Made by a program: the position numbers and the translations under genes
Shown here: piece after piece, positions 48,571 through 58,570 of the stretch
How positions within the stretch are numbered: position 1 is the stretch's first letter
How the letters are laid out: every line of letters begins with the position of its first letter
Source of the DNA: Oikopleura dioica
Lineage: Eukaryota > Animalia > Chordata
DNA length: 64,000 bases
Direction: 5' to 3'
NCBI GenBank assembly: GCA_907165135.1
Contig: OU015568.1
Span: forward strand, 13,268,001 to 13,332,000
Notes under the pieces: model-generated
What the model was told of the DNA's origin: nothing
Databases searched by the model: none
The model's input: the letters and a program-made list of their open reading frames with translations, nothing else

Positions 48571-51513
48571 ATGATAGATATACCTCCGGCCCTCAGGGAC
48601 AAGTATGACAGGGATTTTGCAGATCTGCACCCAGGTAGCTGGGATAAAAGACCGGATTATGGGGATCCCCAAAAAGTCCGAATCCCAAGAGGCCAATTAG
48701 ACCCACATACCGACCCAGGTTTCACAAGAGCGGCGTCTTGGGCAGCCAAGAATTCGAAAGTCCTTTCGAAACTCGGTGTGTTTCCAGTGTCGGATTCGGC
48801 TTGGTTGGTCGTGAATTGGGACGTGCTAGATTCGGAAACGAATGCGATTTGGAGCCTGAAACCGGGCAGAGATCCAGCACTACTGTATGCGCTAGCATCA
48901 GACTATTATTTAGTGCGTCTCGAACCTCGGGAGCGAGAAGATCCTCCACAAAACGGGGGGGAGGCTCAGAATGTCAGAACAGACTGGACGGAGCCTGTTC
49001 TCTGCTTCCTGAAGAAGGACATTACGGCGAGAGCCTTGCGGACAGTTCTGTCCAATCTAATCCAATTGGAATTGGGTCCTGAAACCAGGACAACGCTGTC
49101 AGATCTAGTCCTCGAATGCGCAGCACAGAACGTTCACAGGAAGTTCTCTCAGGGCTTGGTATTCTCAGGCTTCGGCGACCAAGAATCGATGATAAGAATT
49201 ATTCTGACCTCGGTGCCCACCTTCGGAAAGAAAAAGTCCTTCATCAAACCAGTCAACGGAGCTTTGAAAGGCCTGAACGGGCTAGAAGGTGATTTTAGAC
49301 AAGCATGGCTGTCATGGCTTCCTAAATCCAGACTAGGACCGTTGTGGTCATACCACAAAATGCTTCTAACATCGGTGCTCACCGATTCTTTCTGGAACTA
49401 CATCACTTGCAAAGTCCTGGAAACTACTCCGGACGAGCTCGAGAAACGAGAGTTGAGACCAGACCCCGAGTGGTGGTTCAATAATTTGGTGGCGTTCGCC
49501 ACAGTAGACTTGCTGGCGATGAGTGAAGAGATCCCGAACTCGCTGAGCCACCCGAAAGACTTCATTGAAGCGATAGTTGCCAACGCTGCGGCAACGGAGA
49601 AGTGGGTGTCGAAAGATACCCTCCAAAAAGCGAAAGTCATCAGAGAAAATCTGACGTTTCCCACAAAGGATCGGGACCGTAAAGGCGAAGGCCTCAGAAT
49701 GCGACTGATTTTGAACAATGCGGTCGCATGTGGGATAGAAAGATTGACAAAATACCTGGAAACAGGACGACTCCTTCCACTGGCGGCCGCTCGGCACCCT
49801 TTTTGGAGGCTCAAAATTAGAGCCCAGCTAGCGAAGAAATTGGCGGAACAGCTAAAATCGCCGGGGAATGGAAAGATGAAGGGCAGACTTGCCTTTAAAA
49901 CCCGCGACTGGAGGCGAGCAATCATGGAGAAAACCAGGACTACATTCGAATTCCCGGTGGATTTCTGCGATTACTCGCTCACGCCTGAAGATAAAGCCGA
50001 TCCGATTTTGTCTCTGTTCAGAGAAGTACTAGAAGGCTTCAAGGAGCGAAAGCTAACGGCGGAAGTGGTGTCCGAGTGGTACAAGGATATTCGCCAGACA
50101 TCCGAACAGACCATCCTGAAACAAAGAAGAACGTTTTGGGAGAAAAACCCACTGGTCAATGATGATTGGGAAACTATCAGAAAGGCCACACCGGACAATC
50201 ACTTTGACTTGGCGCGCTTCTCGTTCGAGCAAGCAGCAAAGAAGAATGCCAAAGGCCCGTTTTCCAAGATGCAACTGACTCCAGATCCTTGGTTCGAAAT
50301 GGTGAAAGATCATGCGTTGAGCAACGCCGACTCAGATCTAGCCTGGCAAATTCCTGACGACTTCTGGGAAGTCGCCGAAGCTGCGGGTAGCAGAGCCTGG
50401 AAAATTAGAGCGGCTAGACTGGCGAAGGCCGGAGCGGTGGGAGTTTTTGCAGCAAAAATATGCAACGAAACGCCGGATATTCCATTAGCGGATCCGCTAC
50501 ATGCAGTGGTAGAATATGCGGCGCAGACGCTCAGACACCCAGCTGAGTATTCACTCAGAGAAGCAATTGAGGTGGTAGCCGACAATTTACGGTATTCGTG
50601 CTCGGAAACGGGCGAGAAACCGTGCGAAGTCTGGAAGAAAATGGAACAAATGGCGACGAGCGTCGATGTAAGAGCGGTCTTCCCGCCTCCAGAGCTGGAG
50701 AACACTCAGAACTCCTTTCTATTGATGCATCGGGTCCCCTCGGCCTCAAAATCAAAGCTTCATTTTCAATGGATCGGAAACGACGCTGAAAGAGCAAAGG
50801 AGTCGATCTTGTGGAAAAAAGAGCATCCATGGAATAAGATTGGGTCAGTCATGACGATCGAGAAAGCGACCGCTATCTTAAACGACCTGGCGGAATTCAG
50901 ACCAACGGAAGCGGCGATGCTACTGAAATCAATGGCTAAATCTAGGCCAGCAGGGGAGGGGATCGTCCTTGTTGCCACGTCTGAACAGGCGCAACAGAAC
51001 TGGGTGGACTTAGCGACGGCTAAGCTACCAAAAGACGAAGAGCCTTCGGCGATCTGGCAGGAAGCGTTCGCTTCGCTAGAGTTTGCAGAACTGTCGTCAG
51101 TTAACAAAGCATCACCAGTGCTTTTGCGGCTAATTGAACACGATGAAAATCGTGGACTCTTCAGATGGCAAAGACTAATCTTCCGGGAGACCGACAATGG
51201 AATGAGATCCATCATTTGGAATACTCACAATCTGGTGGCTCCAGGAAAAGTAAGAATCCTGCGAGACTTTGTCAGCTGGGGAAAGGGACACCTTTCCAAC
51301 CGACACATTAGAAAATCGGAAAAGGAGAGAGAAATCTCTATTCGAGGACTTCGAGAAAACGGACTTCAGACAATGCAGCCTAGGACTAGGCAGAGGAGTT
51401 CTGAACAGACTCGCGTGCACAACGGCAACGTTGGCGAAACCATCATGGCTGGATCTAGTGTCAGTATCAGGTTTGGGCTATCGCCCTACAAAAGGGAAGA
51501 TCAGACCGTTTAA
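48571..51513 (+). CDS. 980-aa intronless orphan protein (element ORF1); true C-terminus may be in the alternate frame ending at 51562
   Basis: Uninterrupted 2.9-kb ORF, Trp-rich and helical-looking. Acceptor TTTCTTTAG at 48550 and AATAAA at 51558. No domain recognised. Confidence 0.8.
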   Translation: MIDIPPALRDKYDRDFADLHPGSWDKRPDYGDPQKVRIPRGQLDPHTDPGFTRAASWAAKNSKVLSKLGVFPVSDSAWLVVNWDVLDSETNAIWSLKPGRDPALLYALASDYYLVRLEPREREDPPQNGGEAQNVRTDWTEPVLCFLKKDITARALRTVLSNLIQLELGPETRTTLSDLVLECAAQNVHRKFSQGLVFSGFGDQESMIRIILTSVPTFGKKKSFIKPVNGALKGLNGLEGDFRQAWLSWLPKSRLGPLWSYHKMLLTSVLTDSFWNYITCKVLETTPDELEKRELRPDPEWWFNNLVAFATVDLLAMSEEIPNSLSHPKDFIEAIVANAAATEKWVSKDTLQKAKVIRENLTFPTKDRDRKGEGLRMRLILNNAVACGIERLTKYLETGRLLPLAAARHPFWRLKIRAQLAKKLAEQLKSPGNGKMKGRLAFKTRDWRRAIMEKTRTTFEFPVDFCDYSLTPEDKADPILSLFREVLEGFKERKLTAEVVSEWYKDIRQTSEQTILKQRRTFWEKNPLVNDDWETIRKATPDNHFDLARFSFEQAAKKNAKGPFSKMQLTPDPWFEMVKDHALSNADSDLAWQIPDDFWEVAEAAGSRAWKIRAARLAKAGAVGVFAAKICNETPDIPLADPLHAVVEYAAQTLRHPAEYSLREAIEVVADNLRYSCSETGEKPCEVWKKMEQMATSVDVRAVFPPPELENTQNSFLLMHRVPSASKSKLHFQWIGNDAERAKESILWKKEHPWNKIGSVMTIEKATAILNDLAEFRPTEAAMLLKSMAKSRPAGEGIVLVATSEQAQQNWVDLATAKLPKDEEPSAIWQEAFASLEFAELSSVNKASPVLLRLIEHDENRGLFRWQRLIFRETDNGMRSIIWNTHNLVAPGKVRILRDFVSWGKGHLSNRHIRKSEKEREISIRGLRENGLQTMQPRTRQRSSEQTRVHNGNVGETIMAGSSVSIRFGLSPYKREDQTV

Positions 51514-52325
51514 CACTGGAAACAAGAACAATTTCGTCAGGAGACCAAATAATACACAATAAATGAGTAGGGAAACCCCGTTTCATCAACAAATCCCCCA
51601 TTCAAGCGTCCGCTATTATAATCTGAAATCAACGAAGACCCACTCACCCTCAGGATCCTGAGATTAGTCATCAAGCCACGCTCAACCAAATGTTACTCAT
51701 CGCGGAGGCGGCACGTGCACCGCGCGCCCAATCAGGTGCGCCGCTCGGCTCAATCGCGCTTCGACTCACTGCCAGCATGAAGTAAATCACCATTTTTCTG
51801 ATCCAAAATGAATTGAAAGAGAAGCTGGCGGCCGTTTTCTTAGAGAAAAAGGTGAGAATAAGAGAAATGTTTCCGGCCCTTAATCTTCTGGTTTCAGAGA
51901 AAGCGAAAAGCCGGAGAATTGTCCGGACAATTTGGGAGCCGAATGGCTAAAATCGAGGCTAGAAGGAGCCAGTCTTCAGTCAGGCGATCGCCTTATACTT
52001 TTTCGGAGTGAACCCGCCCATTCTTCCTTGTTTATACCACTGCTCAAAAATCGCTCGTTTTTTCTGCTGCAAAAGAAGGGGAAACCCGTCCTTTATCTAC
52101 CCTTCTGTGCTGTGCAAATGCGTTTCGGCTGCGATCGCAACCTTTCCTCTTGCTTAAAACCTTCACACCCGTTGTTCTATTCATGCCAGTCCTGGTATTG
52201 TTGATCCTATAGGAAGCTTTTAGTTCTATTATCTGTTCTGTCTCTCTCCTGTAAGAAAATTTCAAGATAATATGTGTAACATGGCTAACCTATTCCCCTC
52301 TTTTCAGATCCGGAATCGGCTTGAG

Positions 52326-55081
52326 ATGTCCGACAAGGACGGGACACGCGAAGCAGAGCGAATGCTCGTCGACCAGCCCATGGACGACCCAGCTGATCTA
52401 CTGGACGAGGCTGACTTCATCGCTGGCTACAACGAGCACAACAGCGGCATCGAGCCCATCGAAACTGCTCCGGAACCGGAGGAATCAGCTTCAGCCCAGG
52501 GAACGCCAGTTCCAATGGAAGTGACGCCAATCGAAGATAGCATCACCATCCACGCGGTCGAAGATGAGGAAAATGATCTTCTAGGTAGGGAATTAGTGGA
52601 GGATGAATTTACCCACCCGTCGGTTTTGTTTTGGCGACTGCTAAAGAAACTGAAATTTACTTCGGCCCAAGTTCTCAGGCGATTTTGGTTAGCATTGAGG
52701 GTGTTCACCCAATTTAGGCTAACTTTTACTGAAAACGGTGCTATTAGAGTCGACAGACTACCGAAAGAATTCCTAATATGGGAACGATTTGCATTCCTGC
52801 TTATCGTGGCCCACGTACAGTTTTTTGAGTTCTATCTGACATTTGAAGGATTTACAATGTTAATCCTTATTTCAGGATCCCCAGGCCCACTGGTGATGGA
52901 TCTTCCGACTAGCGCGGACAACTCAAGAGCGGAAGACATGTCGCAGGACGAAGACGATCTTCTGGCTGAACAGCCAACATCAACTGAGCGGGAAACCGCA
53001 GGAAAGAAGAAAGTCTCGAAACCGCCTACAGCGAATCCGCTCCCAAAGTCGCCACCGGTGGTGATTTCGTCTGACGAAATGGATCATGACCGCCCTGGTC
53101 CTTCGGGTCTCCAGCAACAACAGCAACAGAAACCACAGCGGGCGCCGGAGAAAGTGGCTGAGAAGCCTAAAAAGAAGTACCATCCGAGGAGGATGCAACT
53201 CTGCCCGCCGTCGATGCGCAAAAAGCAGGTGGCGATCCAAATGGCGGCTGGCGAATCGTCAGATACGGACGAAGAGTCTGATAATCGAAAAAGCCGAGCG
53301 GCCGAGTCGGGAAACCGAAAAAGAGCATCAGACGAGGAGGCGAACGCCCACAAAAAGCAAAAGAAGGCGAATCGGCGGAGCCGGCGAATTCTGATCAGAA
53401 TGCCAGTGCCAGCGGTAGTAGCGGCAATAACAACAGCGAGTCAGCGGCAGGCGGCCAAGGTGGTGAAGGTTGGGTCATCCCGAGACGAGACACGGGCCCG
53501 CGATGGCCAACCACTTCGACAGCCACGCCAACTACGACGTCGACGTCTTCACCGACGGCGGATCGAGCTGGAGCTGAAACGAGGCGATCGCCGGGAAGAG
53601 GCCGCCCCCGCTCGATCATTGTGCAGCCACAAGTGAACAATAATCGCCAAGCCGAGGAAAGATACGATCCAGACCTGGCTTGGCATCAGCGTCGCTACCG
53701 TCGGCATTACTGGGATCACAGACACGGCGACATCCAGCGCGCCAATACCATGAAGAGGCTATCACGAGAACTCGTGTCGTTTGCCGATTACGCTGGCCGA
53801 AGGGGGTATGCGAGATACTTCCCAAACAGAACGATGCTAAAGATTGGGGAATCCCATTACTTCGGCCTAACCCCGATCGGGCCTCCTCCGAAGCTCCGCG
53901 AAGGCATCAAGAAAATGTTTATGGCCTTGGTAAACTTGAAGGAGGAAGATATGGGATTACCCTGGCGGGCCCCTCGATTTGACATCTTCCTGGATGAGTT
54001 GAACGAAGTGCAGCGAGCGTACTCAGAGAGACTAACAGCTCTGACGAACGCGTCCCAAGCGGGCTCGGCAACGACTCAAACTCCAGCGCGATCGCGTCAA
54101 CCAGGGGCTGAACAGCCACAACCTTCTACCAACAGACGACGATCGTCGAGCGAAACGGATTCCTTGCCGTCGTATTCAACGGCGATCAGACAAGCCCCGG
54201 CGCGCCGAAGTGTACAGCCACGTCCAGCTTCGCCTTTCAGAATCCGAGTTGAACAAGAAGAGGCGCCAATGGCTGTATCTCCTGTCGCATCTCCCGCTCG
54301 GGATCCGGAGGTCGTCATTACTGGAGTCAACGGAGCTCGAGCGAACGCTCCGGTCGCTGGAACTCGCCCAGATCCGGCTGAGACCTCAGCAAACGCAACG
54401 AACAGTTGGGGCCCGAAAAAAGCACCGAAACCGGAAGAGCTGGTCCCTCCTGAAGATCTGATGGCTGCAATGCCTCCGGGCGATCAGGACCCAGTGCTCA
54501 CTGAGGAGGAGAAGAAGAGAGATGGCTGGTTTTGGCTGATCAGCGACGCCCACTTCAACGTGGCTAGCTTGGGTATGCGACGCTTGTCGCCCAACTACAT
54601 CAACGACTGCGGTGTGCTGGCCCCCAAAGTGACGCCTCTGTTGCGCCGAAGAACGAAGTTCGAGCAGGACCTGCTGGCTCTTGGAGTGACGAAGACCGTA
54701 CACCCGGACAAGCATCGCGCTCGATTGGATGAGTTCATGGTCAAGACCGGCGATGAAAATCGCGTATTGATGCTAGCGACCCAAACTGTCCTCTGCTCAG
54801 ACGACCAGTGGTTCGATGTCATGAGCATGTTGCGCGAATTCGCGTTCAAGGCCTCCCCGGATCGCTTTCCGCTCTTCGAGTTGATGACGGTAGTCGTCAA
54901 CGAAGCCTTCAACCAAGGTGGACCCGCCGTTCGGCGCTTCGCACATCGAGCGGCGGAGCGTATCCTGAAATGGGGACTCGACGAAGCTCGCCACATCAAG
55001 GGGATCCCCGTGACGCTACAAGAAGCTCCTAGCCTTGGGACTTCGTTCGAAGGCGACTACTACGTCAACGCTACGCATTAA
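52326..55081 (+). CDS. Large element ORF2: acidic/disordered N-half plus a folded-looking C-terminal domain
   Basis: The ATG at 52326 follows an acceptor at 52307. Track ORFs 52272..53636 and 53621..55081 join if the A5 run at 53352-53356 is A6 (HKKAKEGESAEP...RSIIVQPQVNNN). Contains an in-frame GT-AG segment at 52585-52875. Confidence 0.65.
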
Positions 55082-55906
55082 TGGACTTACTCAAGTCTCG
55101 TAGGTAATTTCGCCCTCAAGATTTTTTCAGAATAATAATACTTATTCTAGCTTCAATGAAACACACCGGAACGGGAGAGCTCTCTCCAACCTTCACGACA
55201 CCATTGAGAGGACCCTCTCATCTTGACAAAGCGAAGTTCAATGTGACCTTCGCAGTCTGGCCTTGTACATTTCCCCCGAGAAGAAATCAGACGAGCCAGG
55301 TCTCCGTCGTCACGCCCTGGCCAGAGCAGCTTTCCATTTTTTTTTCAGGTAAATAAATAGCTCCTGTAGACGGAAAAATAACGTAAATTTAGTTTTCACG
55401 CGGCCCGAAAGCAGTACTTCCGCTCCCAGAGCAAGCTCCAAGCGATCGCTGTCTACTGCTGCCAAAAATAAGGGGAACCCCTTTTAGAGTACTTTTCTTC
55501 GAGTCATTCTGGCCTTCATATTGAAACTAAATGTTCAAACTCCGCTGTTTTTTCAATCGCTCCTTTTTTCTGCGCCCCTTTTTATACGTGCCTTTTTTCT
55601 CGCCTCTAACCTCCTTTTCCTCCTTGTTTTCATTGCCACGTCTTTCAACTACTCCACCTGCCTGTGCCATCCACATTAGTTCTTCTCTTGCCAAAACTCA
55701 AATCCTAATAAAAAAGGCAAGCCACAGTAAAACCCTTATAAATCCAGAAACTCTTCTGGATAGTGTTTTGGTGTTCCTTAAGCAGGGCTAGAACTAGCAA
55801 GTATGCAGAACTGCAGATAAATCACTATAAATCATGGGCTAATGGCATTATTTTCAGAGAATCGCATCTCGGCACAAGCAAAGTTTTTTGAGCAAAACGG
55901 AATAAT

Positions 55907-56839
55907 ATGCGAGCGATGATCTGCATCTCGTGTGGGAAGGCATACGATCAAGCAAGCAGACTAAAGCTGAGGCTTAAGAAGTGCAAGCACCGATTATGCC
56001 TCCTGTGCCTAGTCGAGAATCCAAATTGGCGAAAAGTGTCAGGCTTAGACTCTAGTGACTCCTCGATCGAGGACGACGACGAGAGACCACGCCGAGTGTT
56101 CAATTGCAGGATGTGCGGGAGCCCGCACCGATTGGACACGGAGGTATTGTTCGGAGAACAGGATGAGCCGGAACCGGCTACTCAACAGGAATCCTCCTCA
56201 AGCATACAAACGCCCTCGATCACGTCACTGACCCCAGTGAGTTCAACAGAGTTCGCAAATTTCCCGGCACCGGGAGAGCGACCGCAGGCCCAGTCAAGCC
56301 CAGTCGAGGGAACAAGCGCCATGGAAAGGCCGACAAATCGAACACAGGCTCAGTCAAGCCCAGCCGAAGGAACGAGCACCATGGAAAGGCCGACAAAGCG
56401 GAAACGCAAGCTTCCTCCGAAACCGAACAAGTCGATCTTTGATGATTTTGACACATTTCCTGAACAGGAATTCAAGGTTGAGATGGTCTTTCACGAACCG
56501 GAAGAGGGAAAAGACGATCCCCCTTATTTCTTCCGCGTTCCGTGTCTCACAAAGCCCGATCCGACGGAAACGTCAGCGGAATCGTTGGTGAGAAATTTGA
56601 TTTGGGCTTTCGTCATGGATGGCAGTTACTCGGACGAGCATATGGAGCCCAGAGAAGTCAAATCAATGTTGAGATGGGCTACCGAAAGAGTGAAGGTTAG
56701 AGATAAAGCCTTACAAAAGGGCCCAAACCCATTCCCGCTTCCGGAATCAGAACTGATTGACATTAGCGCCAGACTAGAACGACAAATCAGTCGGCTGAAT
56801 GACTTCGCCTTGCTAGGAAAGAGGGGGCATGCCACATAA
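55907..56839 (+). CDS. RING-finger (C3HC4-type) protein, element ORF3
   Basis: CISC-x(15)-CKH-RL-CLLC-x(~30, acidic/Ser insert)-CRMC at the N-terminus, then an S/T/P-rich linker and a C-terminal helical region. Confidence 0.75.
   Translation: MRAMICISCGKAYDQASRLKLRLKKCKHRLCLLCLVENPNWRKVSGLDSSDSSIEDDDERPRRVFNCRMCGSPHRLDTEVLFGEQDEPEPATQQESSSSIQTPSITSLTPVSSTEFANFPAPGERPQAQSSPVEGTSAMERPTNRTQAQSSPAEGTSTMERPTKRKRKLPPKPNKSIFDDFDTFPEQEFKVEMVFHEPEEGKDDPPYFFRVPCLTKPDPTETSAESLVRNLIWAFVMDGSYSDEHMEPREVKSMLRWATERVKVRDKALQKGPNPFPLPESELIDISARLERQISRLNDFALLGKRGHAT
56285..56404 (+). repeat. 60-bp imperfect tandem duplication within the RING ORF
   Basis: QAQSSPVEGTSAMERPTNRT / QAQSSPAEGTSTMERPTKRK, period exactly 60 nt. 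Confidence 0.85.
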
Positions 56840-57267
56840 AGGCCGTCCCTATAGAAAAGGGTTTAAAAGCTGAACAGCCTCCGGGAAAAATCCACGATCG
56901 TGGCCCAAAAGAGTGATTTTGAGCAAAATCAAACGTAACGGTGGGTGGAAAACTTTTTGTCCTTGCTTTTGTTGTTGCATCCTTGTGTTTCGTTGGAAGT
57001 TTCCGACTTACGGTAGAATAGAATAGAGTAGAATAGCTAGACGGAAATGAAGGGCGGCCCAAGCGGTCTCATACCAGAAACGGTATTATTCCAGGGCTCC
57101 CCGGAAATCCATAGAAATAGCGGCGCTCGCCGTTTAGTGGTAATATAAAATTAAAAAGTCGAAATTGACTCGAAACCTAACGGATGAACAATAAACAATT
57201 ATTCAACTGTCTGCCAATATATCCACCGACAGGTCGTACTGTGACGAATTATTCTTGTTTTTAGACA

Positions 57268-58511
57268 ATGGCTCGGAGAGTTAAAAAACAACTCATGACT
57301 GGCTCTAGTGGGCTCCCGGAGTTCGCTGGGGAGATAGTTCCATGCGCTAAAAGAAGAAGACTGTCGTAGAGGGAGATATTCCTGCCGAGGAAGACAGAGA
57401 ATCCCAGGAAGAAACGGCCGATCGGCCGGAGCCAGCAGCGGAAGTGGCACCCAACTCTGGGGAACCCCAGACTGAGATCATGGAGGAGAACGACCTCAAG
57501 ACAAAATATAACCATGCAGTGAGAGTACTCAATTCTTTCCTGATCCATCAGCCACCAAAGCCTCACGCGGGGATCTCAGCGGCAAAAAATGTTGCAAAAC
57601 TGGCGGAACTCGCGCAGAAGATGGACAACTTCCTGAGCGGAGAGAACCTGTCGATCGACTTGGTTCAGCGAATGCAGATCCGTCTTGCCGAAGCGATAGG
57701 AGAAGCTATTTCTAGGGAAGCCGGCCTCATTTTTCGCTACATCTCCGTGTCCACGGATTTCTATAAACATAAAAAGACAGCCCTTGAGATTCTGTCTTTT
57801 CGCTTCTCGCCAGAGGATCAGATCATCAAGGAGCTTAAAGAAGGGGTGACCCTTCTGGAAAATATTGCGGGTGCAGGTGGTGAAAACCACGCGATTATCC
57901 CGCTCAGGGAAATTTACGCTTCTCACGCGATGGAAGCCCATCGTCTAATTTGGGCTGAGATCTTGGCAGACCTTGCGACATCCTCAGAAGTGGACCCTAG
58001 AAAACTAGCGGCCAAAAGTAAGAAGGTAATCTTTCTACTGTCGCAAATATTCGGAAACGAATTTACCTTGATTGCGCACCTACAGGACTGGCTAAGCGCA
58101 ATCGACTCGCCTAGGGAAGTACGGGAAACCCCGGTAGATGATTTGGTGAAAACCTTGAGGGATATTTTGTTTCCTCGAAAGAGCGAGTTCATGCCCGCAT
58201 CAGGTAAATACGACGCCTGGGGTCTGGACCAAATCGACCAGAAAACATATGTGCCGAAAGGCAATAGCGCGATCGCGACAAGATTGGAAACGATGCTCGT
58301 CCAAAAGAGGAAGGAAACCCCGCGGAAGAGGAGGAGGAGCATGAAGGCGAGATTGAAGAGCTCCGGAGGACGATGCTCAAACGAGCGGGAAACGCTGCGA
58401 GCTCGAGCTGGGCGGAAAAGAACCTGGATTTTAAAGTCTCGTCGTCCATGGAGGATTATTTCTGAGCTGAAAAGTTCTGTGTTTGATCAGGCCGTCTGTA
58501 CAGTTCTGTAA
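57268..58511 (+). CDS. Element ORF4, in the gag position upstream of pol
   Basis: ATG at 57268 after TTTTTAG. It joins track ORF 57444..58511 if the A4 run at 57349-57352 is A5. Predicted helical; the gag assignment is positional only. Confidence 0.6.
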
Positions 58512-58570
58512 TATACGTTCTCGGATCATACGTTCTCGCATCAAAACAGCCTAACCTCTTCCCATTTAGA

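Noticed and set aside
48571-51513. ORF1 as a retroviral or Tor-type Env
   Set aside because: No signal peptide, furin site with fusion peptide, or C-terminal TM helix is visible.
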